Source: Octopus sinensis
Lineage: Eukaryota
Assembly (NCBI RefSeq): GCF_006345805.1
Contig: NC_043000.1
Coordinates: 146,816,001 to 146,880,000 of the forward strand
Direction of reading: 5' to 3'
Length of the DNA: 64,000 nt
The notes beneath the pieces were generated by a model. The model saw nothing but the letters and a program-made list of their open reading frames with translations. It had not been told where the DNA came from and did not search any database. The translations under genes and the position numbers were made by a program. Positions 25,388-38,466 of this stretch are shown one piece after another (position 1 is the first letter of the stretch; every line of letters begins with the position of its first letter).

Positions 25388-25878
25388 GAATACTATAATC
25401 ATAAATGATTATATATTGAATTTTGAGATACTAGGAGGTACCAACTCAACTCAGTATCAGAGCGAGCTAGAATCCTCAACTAGTATCACCGATTCAAATT
25501 TGTGAATGAAACGATTGTGTCACAAGCCCCTTCCCACCCGCGTGTAGCCAAAACAAGATGCTGTGGTCATCTACTGAGATAAAATATGGTTATCCGTAAT
25601 AATGAAGGGTGAAATTAATTAATTTGGATAATTATCAATTACCCAAGTAGTCTTCGGCATGTAAAAGCCTCATTGAGGAAAATTTAAGTAATACTAAGCA
25701 ATAAGGGTTCAGCAACGAATTGCCTTACCACATACCGAATTTAGAAATAGCAGTCAAAGGTTATAGCTATTTCTCTACTAAAAAGGGAGATCTCAGTAAA
25801 AACAGCAATTGGAAGGCTGACACAAACAGGTAAGAGAGAATGAATTAACCGCAATCTATCAAACATTTTTAAAGTTAT

Positions 25879-25982
25879 CCACGGACGTACGTTCGAAATC
25901 AAGTTTTAGGAAAGCATAAGAATTAAAATATTAAATATTAAATAATTCTATCTTACCGAAACTTCTTTTCTCTTCAGCGTGG
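25879..25982 (-). ncRNA. Type I hammerhead ribozyme (unit 3), GAAC instead of GAAAC
   Basis: One-base deletion in a T homopolymer, either real inactivation or a read error; the site would be 25888/25887. Confidence 0.55.
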
Positions 25983-26472
25983 AATACTATAATCATAAAT
26001 GATTATATATTGAATTTTGAATACTAGGAGGTACCAACTCAACTCAGTATCAGAGCGAGCTAGAATCCTCAACTAGTATCACCGAATTCAAATTTGTGAA
26101 TGAAACGATTGTGTCAACAGCCCCTTCCCACCCGCGTGTAGCCAAAACAAGATGCTGTGGTCATCTACTGAGATAAAATATGGTTATCCGTAATAATGAA
26201 GGGTGAAATTAATTAATTTGGAATAATTATCAATTACACCAAGTAGTCTTCGGCATGTAAAAGCCTCATTTGAGGAAAATTTAAGTAATACTAAGCAAAA
26301 GGGTTCAGCAACGAATTGCCTTACCACATACCGAATTTAGAAATAGCAGTCAAAGGGTATAGCTATTTCTTCTACTAAAAAGGGAGATCTCAGTAAAAAC
26401 AGCAATTGGAAGGCTGACACAACAGGTAAGAGAGAATGATTAACCGCAATCTATCAAACTTTTTAAAGTTAT

Positions 26473-26576
26473 CCACGGACGTACGTTTCGAAATCAAGTT
26501 TTAGGAAGCATAAGAATTAAAATATTAAATATTAAATATTCTATTCTTACCGAAACTTCTTTTCTCTTCAGCGTGG
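26473..26576 (-). ncRNA. Type I hammerhead ribozyme (unit 4)
   Basis: Intact CUGAAGA and GAAACGUA; predicted cleavage 26482/26481. Confidence 0.75.
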
Positions 26577-26778
26577 AATACTATAATCATAAATGATTAT
26601 ATATTGAATTTTGAGATACTAGGAGGTACCAACTCAACTCAGTATCAGAGCGAGCTAGAATCCTCAACTAGTATCACCGAATTCAAATTTGTAATGTGAA
26701 ACGATTGTGTCACAGCCCCTTCCCACCCGCGTGTAGCCAAAACAGATGCTGTGGTCATCTACTGAGATAAAATATGGT

Positions 26779-27092
26779 TATCCGTAATAATGAAGGGTGA
26801 AATTAATTAATTTGGAATAATTATCATTACACCAAGTAGTCTTCGGCATGTAAAAGCCTCATTTGAGGAAAATTTAAGTAATACTAAGCAATAAGGGTTC
26901 AGCAACGAATTGCCTTACCACATGACTGCTATTTCTAAATTCGGTATGTGGTAAGGCAATTCGTTGCTGAACCCTTATTGCTTAGTATTACTTAAATTTT
27001 CCTCAAATGAGGCTTTTACATGCCGAAGACTACTTGGTGTAATTGATAATTATTCCAAATTAATTAATTTCACCCTTCATTTATTACGGATA
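26779..27092. repeat. Fold-back inverted repeat terminating the array (arms ~145 bp, 22-nt spacer)
   Basis: 26946-27092 is the reverse complement of 26779-26923; the spacer is the reverse complement of the next bases expected in the unit. Confidence 0.9.
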
Positions 27093-27235
27093 TATAATAT
27101 ATATATTAATATATAATATGAGGGAATATTATTCCAAACTTACAGGGTAAAATTCAATTTAGAAATGCTAAAACAAATTTCACAAAATATAATATAACAT
27201 ATATATATATATATATATATAAATTAGAAAAGAAC

Positions 27236-27342
27236 CACCTTTTATCAATTCAATAATGAAAAATTAAATTATACCATTTAGAATGGTATATTTCTTTCTA
27301 AATGGTATAATTAATTTTTCATTATTGAATTGATAAAAGGTG
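27236..27342. repeat. AT-rich palindrome with ~47-bp arms and a 12-nt spacer
   Basis: caccttttatcaattcaataatg...ccatttagaa / ttctaaatgg...cattattgaattgataaaaggtg. Confidence 0.85.
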
Positions 27343-27363
27343 CTTCCTTTAATTTATTATATA

Positions 27364-27395
<32 letters not shown>

Positions 27396-27437
27396 TCTAT
27401 ATATATATAATAATACATGTATAACATACATATATGC

Positions 27438-27492
<55 letters not shown>

Positions 27493-27493
27493 T

Positions 27494-27529
<36 letters not shown>

Positions 27530-28249
27530 AATAGATAAATATGGCTATGGATACATACATATATACACAAACGCACAAACACAAAGACGCACGCGTAGAA
27601 TCGGTGATGTGTACTAAACGAATCAGGAGTTATGTCTCCAGAGATAAGTTGGCACACGGAGGTGTACAATTATACACATAACAACCCAGTCGCACTCGCA
27701 CAAAAACATACACATATCGTATACACCCACACGCACTCTCAAACATACACTCTTTGTCTGTGTGTGTGTGTGTGTGTGTGGTGTGTGTGTGTGTGTGTGT
27801 GTTGTGAGAGTTGTATATGTATGTCTCTGTATCTATCTGTGTCATATGTATGTCGTGTATATGTCTTTAGTATTTGGAGACACAATTCGTCTACAGACGA
27901 TATAGAGCAGATGTCAAAAATTAAATTCGTTTTTTAATGGTTCCTTTGTTGTGTGTTGAGTCAGGGTGATGTATCTTATGATAAGTGCAGTTAGACATTT
28001 TTGAGAACAGGTGGGATATTTTTTGTTCGTAGCATATAGATTGTAGATAAGTGGTTGAAAATAAGAAAGAAACCAGATGTTGCTATTATATGAAGATACT
28101 ATATGACTTTAAGGCATGAAGAATAACGAATTTCATAAAGAGAATTAAATGCTTACGACAGATAATTGAACAGGCATTTGAATAGAACGACAACTAAGAA
28201 GAAAGTTTTGGGAGAAATACTTGGAAAGTTTTGAAAGCGCTATTTATGG

Positions 28250-28511
28250 GCGAGTATATATGTATACATGTATATATATGTGTGTGTATGTGTGAGTATG
28301 CGCGTGTGTATGCATGTGTGTGTACATATATACATATATACATATATACATATATACATACATATATGCATACATACATATACATATATATATACATATA
28401 TATGTGTGTGTTAATATATATATATATACATACATATACATATACACACACACACACATATATATATACATATTTACATATGTACATATATATATATATA
28501 TATTATATATG

Positions 28512-28560
<49 letters not shown>

Positions 28561-28571
28561 CATATATATAT

Positions 28572-28658
<87 letters not shown>

Positions 28659-28695
28659 CATACGTATATATATACATACGTATATATATATATAG
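28250..28695. repeat. (TA)n/(CA)n microsatellite block
   Basis: Direct reading. Confidence 0.95.
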
Positions 28696-29146
28696 TAACA
28701 GAACATTAAAAAATATCTTATAATTAAATAACATAAATATATGCAAAAGAATTTAAATGATATAAAATAGAATCCGGCAACTTTGAAGAAAGATGAAATG
28801 GATATGAATAAGATTTTTGTGTATTTTTTAAACACTAGGTTTGAAGATGTAATTGAAGAAAAGAAGAAGGAAATGAACAACAACAACAAGGATACAAAAA
28901 AAAACATCAATGTGTTGAAAAATGAAAAACGGTGTTAAAAGTATGTTGCCAAAAGTTAGTTCATGGTGAAGACAAAAAAGCTAGTCTGAGGCAAATGTTT
29001 TCAGAAAAGAAAAAGACAAATAAGCTACAGATTTGAAGTAATATAAAAAAAAATAAAAGAAAAGAAGAATAAAATGAATGAAATGTCCTACAATAAAGGT
29101 GACTCACAGAAAATGATAATAAAAAAATTATATATGTATAGGCAGG

Positions 29147-29206
<60 letters not shown>

Positions 29207-29822
29207 ATATATATGAATGTGTGTGAATGTATATATAGGTATATATATATACATAAATAAATACACATACGCGAGTGTGTGTGTGGAAGGTTCGTGTGTG
29301 TGCATGCGTGCGTACGAATCCGTGAGTGTTCAAGCGAGTGCAAAACGTTTCTGTTTGTGCGCTTGCAGGAAGATATGCGTGCGTTTGTTCTGAAAACATA
29401 ATTGAATATACTTTTCTCTTTTTCAAAGCTTTATAGAAAACAGCAGCTTTTCGATATTTGCCTTCAAAATTTGAAGACATCTTTCTTCACGGTTAAATAG
29501 AAATAAAGAAAGAAGAGAAGACAAAAAAAGGGAAGTGAATCACACACATACATACATATTGAAATAAAAACATAACATACATATATCTAAATGCTTACAA
29601 ATAAATACTCATATCAGCAAAAAATTTCGTGTAGAGCATATGCGCCGCTAGAAAGAGCAAACCAAACACTTTGAGAAAAAGAGTACCCCCTCATGGACAT
29701 GTCAGTCATCCCACTAGGAAGGATATTTCTTTGATATTCAGAAGCAGAAGTTAGTTGCTGAATACTTCAGTAATAAAAAACAGTAATTTATTCTACTCAT
29801 TGTAATAATAAACGTAGATCAG

Positions 29823-30110
29823 TTAAGGCGCATGGCTTAGTGGTTAGGGAATCTGGCTTATGATCACAAGGTCGTGGGTTCGATCCCCGGTGGTGTATTG
29901 TGTCGTTGAACAAAACACTTATTTCACGTTGCTCCAATCCATTCAGCTTATAAAAATGAGTACCAAATGTAGTTCAAATGGCCAGCCTTATCACATTCTG
30001 TGTCACGCCGCATCTCCCTGAGAACTACAGTAAAAGTACGCGCGTCTGTGAAATGCTCAACCACTTGCACGTTAATTTTATAAGCAGTTTGTTTCGTTTA
30101 ACAGAGTGCC
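29823..30110 (+). mobile_element. tRNA-derived SINE family E, diverged
   Basis: tggcttagtggttaggg...gggttcgatcccc A/B boxes; the body matches the reverse complement of 1243-1606. Confidence 0.7.
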
Positions 30111-30532
30111 AGTTTAGAAATGTAAATTGTGACATACCAGTGTAGAAGATCATTGATATCATAATAAATGTCTATAAGGTGTTACCTTCCTCTAGATATT
30201 ATTTCCAAAACTATTTATAAGATCAATCTGCAGTAATGATTGACCTGTCGATCACAAAACAAAGCTACTCAAGAGCAATGGCCTTGGGCTGGCCAATGCT
30301 TTGCTGGTGCAATTTGGTAGATTAAAACGGTGCGGAAACCCTTAATTTGTGTGTGAGGAGGAGGAACGTGTATGTGTGTCTGTCTGTTCACCCGTTGAAC
30401 CTATAGAATTTCACATAAAAGAGCAAAAGACTTTTCGTGATCCTGCGGCTATTATATATGTGTGTCAGTGTGTGTATCTGTATGTGTCTGTGTGTGCCTG
30501 TGTATTGCAGTCTCTTTTTTAAAAAATTCACA

Positions 30533-30928
30533 ACAGGAGTGGCTGTGTGGTAAGTAGCTTGCTAACCAACCACATGGTTCCGGGTTCAGTCCCACTGCGT
30601 GGCATCTTGGGCAAGTGTCTTCTGCTATAGCCCCGGGCCGACCAATGCCTTGTGAGTGGACTTGGTAGACGGAAACTGAAAGAAGCCTGTCGTATATATA
30701 TATATATATATGTATGTGTGTATGTGTTTGTGTGTTTGTGTTTGTCCCCCTAGCATTGCTTGTGTTTACGTCCCCGTCACTTAGCGGTTCGGCAAAAAAG
30801 ACCGATAGAATAAGTACTGTGCTTACAAAGAATAAGTCCCGGGGTCGATTTGCTCGACTGAAGGCGGTGCTCCAGCATGGCCGCAGTCAAATGACTGAAA
30901 CAAGTAAAAGAGTAAAAGAGTAAAGAGT
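30533..30928 (+). mobile_element. SINE family A
   Basis: Near-identical to 1971-2398. Confidence 0.9.
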
Positions 30929-31615
30929 ATTGAAAATTGGCGATTCGTATTGCACCGATTTGAGAGACTCTTAGTAAATAGAACGCAGCATATTGAAATA
31001 TTGAAAGTGACCTTATATATCACGAGCTTCAAAGATAATTTCTTAGCAAGTATACTATTTTAGTGTTCTAATATAGCTAAGTAACACTTAAAATCAAACA
31101 ATAGTTATTAACGCCCAATAATATGAATAATTGAAATGCATATATTCATTGTTTATTACTCGTAAATGTCTTTAGTATTCTTTATTTATAATCTTAACTG
31201 TTAAGATATATATTGCAATTATCTAAATTCTGATATTGCAATTAACCAACAGGCTGATTAACAATGTGTTATGAGCGATGGAAAGCAGTATCAGTTCAAA
31301 ATTGCAATTTGTGGAAGATACTTAACGTAGATACATCGGTGAAAGCCTGATACACTGCAATGTGTCTCGAGATGGCTTCTTCTTTAGATGCGTACGTTAA
31401 AAATAATACAGAAGTATATGGGTCCAGAGTGGTGGTAGCATTGCTAAATATGGGATTTATCGATTACTGTTTTACTATTAGTAGCGTCTGATTTTGCCAG
31501 TAGATACTCGCTACTCACGAAGCGCAACGAGGAAGAAACGAGTATTTAGCAATGTAACCATTACTATTAGACTAATTTCATCTGCTACTGACATATTTCT
31601 GTATTTTTAACATTA

Positions 31616-32668
31616 TTTGAGGTAGTATCATTAAGTTCCCGATTTTTTCTCTGGCGCGCCAACAGGTTGCAGCATATGGTTGCGAGCGCAGAGAGAGCTA
31701 GCAGTGACCTTCATGAAGCAGCGTGCTGAGTGACATCGCTGTGTTTATTTCGCAAGTTGTGAAATTTGTTTTTCATATCGCACAGCTGCGATTTTGTGAT
31801 GAGCAGGAAGTTGGAACAAAGAGTCAACGTGAAATTTTGCATTAAACTTGGGAAGTTTTACTACAGAGACATCGAACATGCTTCAGCACGCTCACAGCGA
31901 TGAGGCAATGGGTCGTAGGCAAGTTTCCAAGTGGTACAAGCGATTCAAAAAGGGAGGAACTTCCCTGGAAGAATATGAGTGAACTGAAATACCTGTCACG
32001 AGCGCCACCCACAGAAATGGGGAGATGATTCATCAGTTTGTGCATGAGGATCATCGGAAGACAATCAACGACATTGTTGATGTTGTTGGTCTGCTGTATG
32101 GGTTCGTGCAGACAATCTTAATGTCTGAGTTGAACATGTGGTGTGACTCTGCCAAGTTTGTCCCCCGCCTGCTGACCACTGAGCAGAAAGAACATCGGAA
32201 ACCGAGAGTTCTACTGCAACGTTTCGAAGCGTTTGTGGGAGAACATTCGGCAAAAGCGCCAGATCTGTGGAGCACTAAGTATTGGACTCTTCACGACGAC
32301 AATGCACCCTGTCACCGAGCTCTCCTCGTGAGTTTCGCGCCAAAACAACATGTTATGTCTTCCGCATCCGTCCTATTCGCCAAATTTGGCACCTGAGGAC
32401 TTCAGTCTCTTCCCTAAGATGAAAATGCAGCTCAAAGGTCACCGTTTTAACACCGTTGTCGACATCCAGAGCGAACCGTAGAAGGTCCTCGACTCACTTA
32501 CCGAAAATGACCTCCTGGCCGGATTCCAAAAGTGGCAGGAGTGCTGAGACCGGTGTATTGCTGAGCAAGGTAACTCTTTCGAAGGCGATGATGTTGAAAT
32601 TTAGGTAAATAAGCTATTTTTTTTTATTAAACGTAACTAGTCCGGGAACCTTTTGATACCATCTCGTA
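31616..32668 (+). mobile_element. Internally deleted mariner element with imperfect TIRs
   Basis: ATG at 31799 gives MSRKLEQRVNVKFCIKLGK, then KFVPRLLTTEQK and LHDDNAPCH. The TIR gaggtagtatcattaagttcccg pairs with ccgggaaccttttgataccatctcg|ta. The first catalytic-Asp region is missing. Confidence 0.85.
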
Positions 32669-33172
32669 CGTCTATAAACAATGCTCTCTTAAAACATATA
32701 CTGCAGCTTATCAGGCTTTCAAAGATGTATCTGCTTTAAGTATTTTACACAAACATGATAGTATAAGTAATAGGCTTATAAAAATAAGTCCTGGGGTCGA
32801 TTTGCTCGACTAAAGGCGGTACTCCAGCATGGCCGCAGTTAAATGACAGAAACAAATAAAAAAAGTATTAAAAAAAAGGAAATACACACACACATACACA
32901 CATACATACATACATACATACACACACATGCATACACACATACATACATATATACATACATACATGCATACGTACATACATGTATATTATTGAGTTATAT
33001 AAACAGAATGATATTATTCTCTCTCCTACAAGGCATACGGATATGCTACCCAGGCCTGCTGCCTATGAACTGCCAGATCCCTCACTAATGGATTTCATGG
33101 ATTTCCCACATAATTCATTCGTTGAAAAGCGCCTGTCTGAAATTTCATTCCTGTCGACAGTTATCTTGCTCA

Positions 33173-33405
33173 TTATGGCGAGCTGGCAGACACTTTAGCG
33201 CGCTGGGCGGAATGCTTAGCGGTAGTTCGTCTGTCGTTACGTTCTGAGTTCAAATTCCGCCGAGGTCGACTTTGCCTTTCATCCTTTCGGGGTCGATAAA
33301 TAAAAGTACCAGTCTCGCACTGGGGTCGATGTAATCGACTTAATCCCTTTGTCTGTCCTCGTTTGTCCTCTCTATGTTTAGCCCCTTGTGGGTAATAAAG
33401 AAATA
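33173..33405 (+). mobile_element. SINE family B
   Basis: Full head to the aaagaaata tail. Confidence 0.9.
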
Positions 33406-33964
33406 TATATTACTGGACGTTGAATTGCATCGGTATCAACAAATGGAGAGGAGATGCAAATATCATGGACATTGTCTCTATTTCTGACATGCAGAACCCA
33501 ATCAATGTGTTTTATACGTAGGCTTCTGAGATTATTCTTGTATAGTTGTTCGTGCATAGGCTTCACGGTTCGTCACAAATTCACAATGAGACCCAACAAT
33601 ATATTCGAACTCAAGATCTATCAGATGGTAATTTGATAATTTATTCACTCAGGCAGTATTGTTTCTATAATAGACACACGCATACGTATACAGATGCGAA
33701 AGCTGAAGTATGTTTTGCCTATGATTATAGGCAGCTACATACATAGTGAAATAAAGATACAAGCTGCATTCTTGAAGTATTGAGAAGGTTTTAGGAGAGG
33801 CAGTTATATCAGTTCTTGGTTATTGCAATTTTAGTACGTCGTTACTATACATATAATAAGCTGACCTACCGACTTCTATGATTCTAGACAGAAGGATATG
33901 GCTGTAATAGCATTTTGAATACACCCTATTAAACACTGCTTGTCACAGTTAACTAGTTTGCAGA

Positions 33965-35035
33965 ATGCAGTTGGGACGTGAAGACAATTTGGAAGCTCTC
34001 GATGCAGTAACATTTTGTGTTAAACTGGACAAAAACGCTGCACAAACTCATGAAATGCTTCGGACTTTTTGTTGTACTCTAGGCACAAGTCCCGAAATTT
34101 TTTTTTTTGGGGGGGGGGGGGGCAAGTCGATTAGATCGACCTCAGTATGCAACTGGTATTTAATTTATCGACTCCGAAAGAATGAAAGGCAAAGTCGACT
34201 TCGGCGGAATTTGAGCTCTGAACATAAAGACAGACGAAGTACCGCTAAGCATTTCGCTCGGCGTTCTAACGTTTCTTATTTCTGTATTGCCCATAAGGGG
34301 CAACACACATAGGAGACAAACAAGGAAAGACAAACGGATTAAGTCGATTATATCGACCCCAGTGAGTAACTGGTACTTATTTAATCGACTCCGAAAGTAC
34401 GAAAGGCAAAGTCGACCTCGGCGGAATTTGAACTCTGAACGTAGCAACAGACGAAATACTGCTAAGCATTTCGCCCGGCGTGCTATCGTTTCACCTAGCT
34501 CGCTGCCTTTCATGAAATGCTACAGAGTGCTCAGTGATGAACAGAAAAAAAAAACAGAGGGAGGTTGTTGATCTCATTACCTCCAATCCTAGAGCACTTG
34601 AGTTTTTGGTGACCTTGGAAAAAATCGGGATCTATTATTATATTCCAAAGTTCAAGAGACAGAATGCCAAATGGAAGCATCGTGGTTTCCCTAGACCGAA
34701 GAAGGTCAGGAATAGCAAGTCCACCCTGAAGCTCATGATGATGCCCATTTTCTACAAGGGAATCATATTTATGCACATGATACCCTCTGACCAGACAGCC
34801 AACAAAGAGGTTTTGAAAACCTTTGAGGATGTTTTGAAAAAATTCAGGAAAAGATTAAATCGCAAAAGTTCAATGCTCTACCAGTCGGGCTGGTGGTACC
34901 TGCACCAGGACCACGCACTTATTGGTAATTCCATCCTAGTAACCAACTACTTGACAGAAACGGCTAGCAAAACTGTCCCTCACATTCCCTACAGTCAACA
35001 CCCTACTCCAGTAACATTTGAATGTTACCCATCTT
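33965..35035 (+). mobile_element. Second mariner relic interrupted by two SINE B copies
   Basis: FCVKLDKNAAQTHEML before the SINEs; WKHRGFPRPKK...KLMM, WYLHQDHA and VPHIPYS after them. Confidence 0.8.
34124..34505 (-). mobile_element. Two adjacent SINE family B copies
   Basis: The reverse-complement core gaaaggcaaagtcgac.tcggcggaatttga occurs twice. Confidence 0.85.
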
Positions 35036-35117
<82 letters not shown>

Positions 35118-35208
35118 GGGAGAATTCACGAAAAAACACAAAAGACTAAGGCAGGTGGTATAGAAAACAAACAGATGTATTAGTATAACGCTCAGGAATT
35201 GAAAGAGT

Positions 35209-35244
35209 CTTTTACGTTTCGAGCCTACGCTCTTCCACAGAAGG
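35209..35244 (-). ncRNA. Hammerhead-like motif, CUGUGGA core variant
   Basis: CCUU CUGUGGA A GAGC-guag-GCUC GAAAC GU A AAAG; same family as 3254-3289. Confidence 0.45.
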
Positions 35245-35286
35245 GAACACAGAAAGAAACAAGGAGAGAAAAAATGTGTGTAGTGG

Positions 35287-35328
<42 letters not shown>

Positions 35329-37113
35329 AACGATCACGCAATATTAAACATAAAAAACTGCATACTCTGCGAGTGAGACGTGAATTCAGTCACTAGCTTT
35401 TAAGTAACTGTCGAGTTAATAGTCATTATTTGCCATTTGTACACGTATGTTTGAATACAGTTGTCCTCGTGTATTTGTGTATGCATATGTGCGTCTGTAT
35501 AGCGCATATATGCACACGCTCGTGTTTGCGTGCGTATGAGTAGCGTGACACAGTCATACGTCAAGTGTATTAAAATGCGTTTTGCAATTCTTCAGCCTTT
35601 CAGCCAATGTGTATTCGAGAGTGTATTTATTGACAATTTTCCTGAAATTCAATATAACCGCCTCACGACATTTATCTTTTGGTATTAAACGCACGTGAAT
35701 CATCAATTGATTTGTTTTTGATTACAGATTTATCTAATAATTCGATTCTCTTTTAGCACCTTAGCAAAACAATTCCTATTGATAATCTTTAGAAAACCTA
35801 ACATATTCTTCTTCCACTTAAATAGAAATAAACAGTTAGTTGCTTTCGGTAAGTTTTAGAAATTTATTCCGTATTGCAAACACGTATTTTAAAAAGTTTA
35901 TCGTCGCTCTAGGATAGTTAGTTTTTCAGTTGAAAATGTTGTTAAATTTTGACAACATCTAAGCAAATAAATATACTGAATGAAATATATTTTGTCTCAA
36001 GAGAATATTTCTGCAAATTCAACTAATTTGTGTGCGCATATTTCGAGTTTTGTATGGTTTTAGAATATAAAATATAGGACAGCAGAAAGAAAACTAATGA
36101 AATTCTTTTCAATAGTAAAAAAAAAATAAAATGTAAATCTGTTTTTGCGCAATTCTGAGTAAGTTATAATATAGTTACAACATATCTAGATGGAAAATTC
36201 TATTTCAAACTATTGCATTAGTTATATTTAATCATTTTAGAACAAGATGATAGCAATGTCATGGCATTGGACAAATGTTTTGAATTATTTCTACCGGCCC
36301 TGTAGGTTTTTTGAGTTCAAACCCCACCGAGTTCAGAGACCGATAAAATTAAACCACCAATCAAGTATCAAAGTCTTGTTATCGACTAACAAACCTCCCT
36401 TGAAAATTGTTGGTCTTGTGTCTTGTGTCTACCTACATCAGAAGCATACAAAATTTCATTTTATATTCAATATTTTTGCAAATGGAAAAAATGAAAAGAT
36501 GTAACATGCACGATTTTCACAATAAAATGGTTTCTTATTTATTGAAACCTCATCTTTTCTTTCTTGCGATCACTACCTAAATCTCGAAGACACTTGTCAC
36601 TAACAAGTTAAATTAATTTCCACCAACAGAGAGCGTGACATCATTTAATTTCACTGTTTTTTCAACACTGCTTGGCTTATCTCTATTCTCTCGAAAAGAG
36701 AATAGAGACAAACGCAACCAAAGTTACTATGCACAAATAATAGAGAATCGACAACAAGCTCAAAAAGCTTTACGTTGTCGCTTAACTTGTTCGAAATAGA
36801 AGCACAATTTCCCTTTCACCATATTTGAAAATCTTACAAAAAGAGGACACATTCGATAATGTGTTCCTAGATAGACCCAAAATGACACGGCAGTCATTGA
36901 TGGAATCCGTTTTAATCATAGACATACAAGTTCAGATTTTACTTGGAGCAAAATATCAAGAATTGGTTACGAAAATAAACGAAAGCAATTCTATAGTAGG
37001 ATAACGCCGACAGGATTTCAACACATAATGGAGAGAAACGAAATGTAGCAAAGCATTCTATCGTTTTTTGTTGTTGCTTTTTTCAGTTCTATATTTAAGA
37101 GATAAGGAATTAT

Positions 37114-37285
37114 ATACATTATTTACAATTGACGGACATCTGTCCTCATCTTGTTTGTTGTTAACACAACGTTTCGGCTGATATACCCTCCAGCCTTCTT
37201 CAGGTGTCTTAGAGAAATTTTGAACTTGGGTTCTCATTCCTAATGTATATTTCGATAGTATTATTATTATTATTATTATTATTAC
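37114..37285 (-). mobile_element. 3' half of tRNA-headed HHR-SINE (family D), left arm
   Basis: Matches 38700-38850 reversed and 50688-50860; its head resumes at 38470-38536 after the Dong insertion. Confidence 0.85.
37164..37207 (-). ncRNA. Minimal type I hammerhead ribozyme within SINE family D
   Basis: ACAC CUGAAGA A GGCUG-gagggUauau-CAGCC GAAAC GU U GUGU: helix I ACAC/GUGU, 5-bp helix II, palindromic ACGU. Confidence 0.75.
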
Positions 37286-38466
37286 TTTTTTTTTTCTTCT
37301 TTCAAATTTGCTTCCATTTCTTGCCGAGTGTCTTCCCGACTCCTAGGGCAAAGAAACTCATAGTGTATATTGGTAGGCCATTAAACCAAACTCAGTAGTT
37401 CGTTCATTTTTTTTTTTTTTTTAAAGTTAAATTAAAATACATGAGCAGCAACAGTTCTCACATCGACAATGCTCTTCTCAATACGTGTGATGTACCAGTT
37501 AAGACAATCTTTTGGACTTCTTGCAGGGATGGTAAGCCAGGGATCATTCTCATATCATTTTCGGTTCCCTTCTTGATCATTCCTAGTGCTCCTACGATCA
37601 CTGGTATTGTAACCGCCTTGAGATGCCACATTTTCTCAATTTCAATGAGTAGGTCTCTATATTTTCTGAGCTTGTCAAACTCTTTCGCTGAGATATTATG
37701 ATCACAGGGGATGCTCATGTCGATCAATAAGCAAACTTTATTGTTTTGGTCTTTCACAACAATATCTGGTTTATTGGCCTTGATGGCTCGGTCTGTATGT
37801 ACTGGAAAGTCCCACAGAATGGTTACATTTTCTCCTTCAGTTACAGCCTCAGGGTGGTGATTATACCACTTGTCGGCAGTTTTGATATTGTAATGCCGAC
37901 TTATTAGCCAGTGGAGATATTGGCCAACTCTGTCATGTCTTAATTTATACTCCACTGGTGCTAAGACTTTACATCCAGAGATTAGGTGGTCCACTGTTTC
38001 AATCATGTCGTTGCAGAATCGGCATTTTGGGTCTGCTCCATTTTTCATCACATTGGCCTGGTAGTTCCGGGTTAATAGGCTTTGGTCTTGAGCAGCCAGG
38101 ATGAAACCATCGCTCTCTGCTTTTAGCCCTGAGCTCCGTAGCCACTGATGGGTTTGCTTCTGGTCAACATCAGCTTGTTTGCTGCGGGTCACATATTTGC
38201 CGTGCAGAGGTTTCTCCTCCCACCTATCAGCCAATTGCTCGTGCGCTTTTTTCATTGCCATCATTTTCACCTTCTTTGCAACAATAGTTGCCGTACTTTC
38301 CTCGGGTTGTTCAGTTTGGGTATCCTGCACGAGATCAATAGCAAATTTTTTGCTTTCCTTGATGATAGAATGAAGCTTCTTTCGTCTCTCGTGATTTTCC
38401 ACGAGCTTTAGCATCCAGTCATTCGATATTTCGAGATATTTGGCCAGTCCAATTGTGGTTGTTTTG

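Larger units (their letters stand above)
24491..26923 (-). repeat. Tandem array of four ~596-bp units plus a 49-bp partial unit, each full unit containing a hammerhead motif
   Basis: taagtaatactaagca occurs at 24491, 25089, 25685, 26282 and 26875; the units differ mostly by single-base indels. Confidence 0.95.

Noticed and set aside
24491-26923. CRISPR-like or coding interpretation of the tandem array
   Set aside because: The whole 596-bp unit repeats with no unique spacers, there is no conserved long ORF, and the context is eukaryotic.
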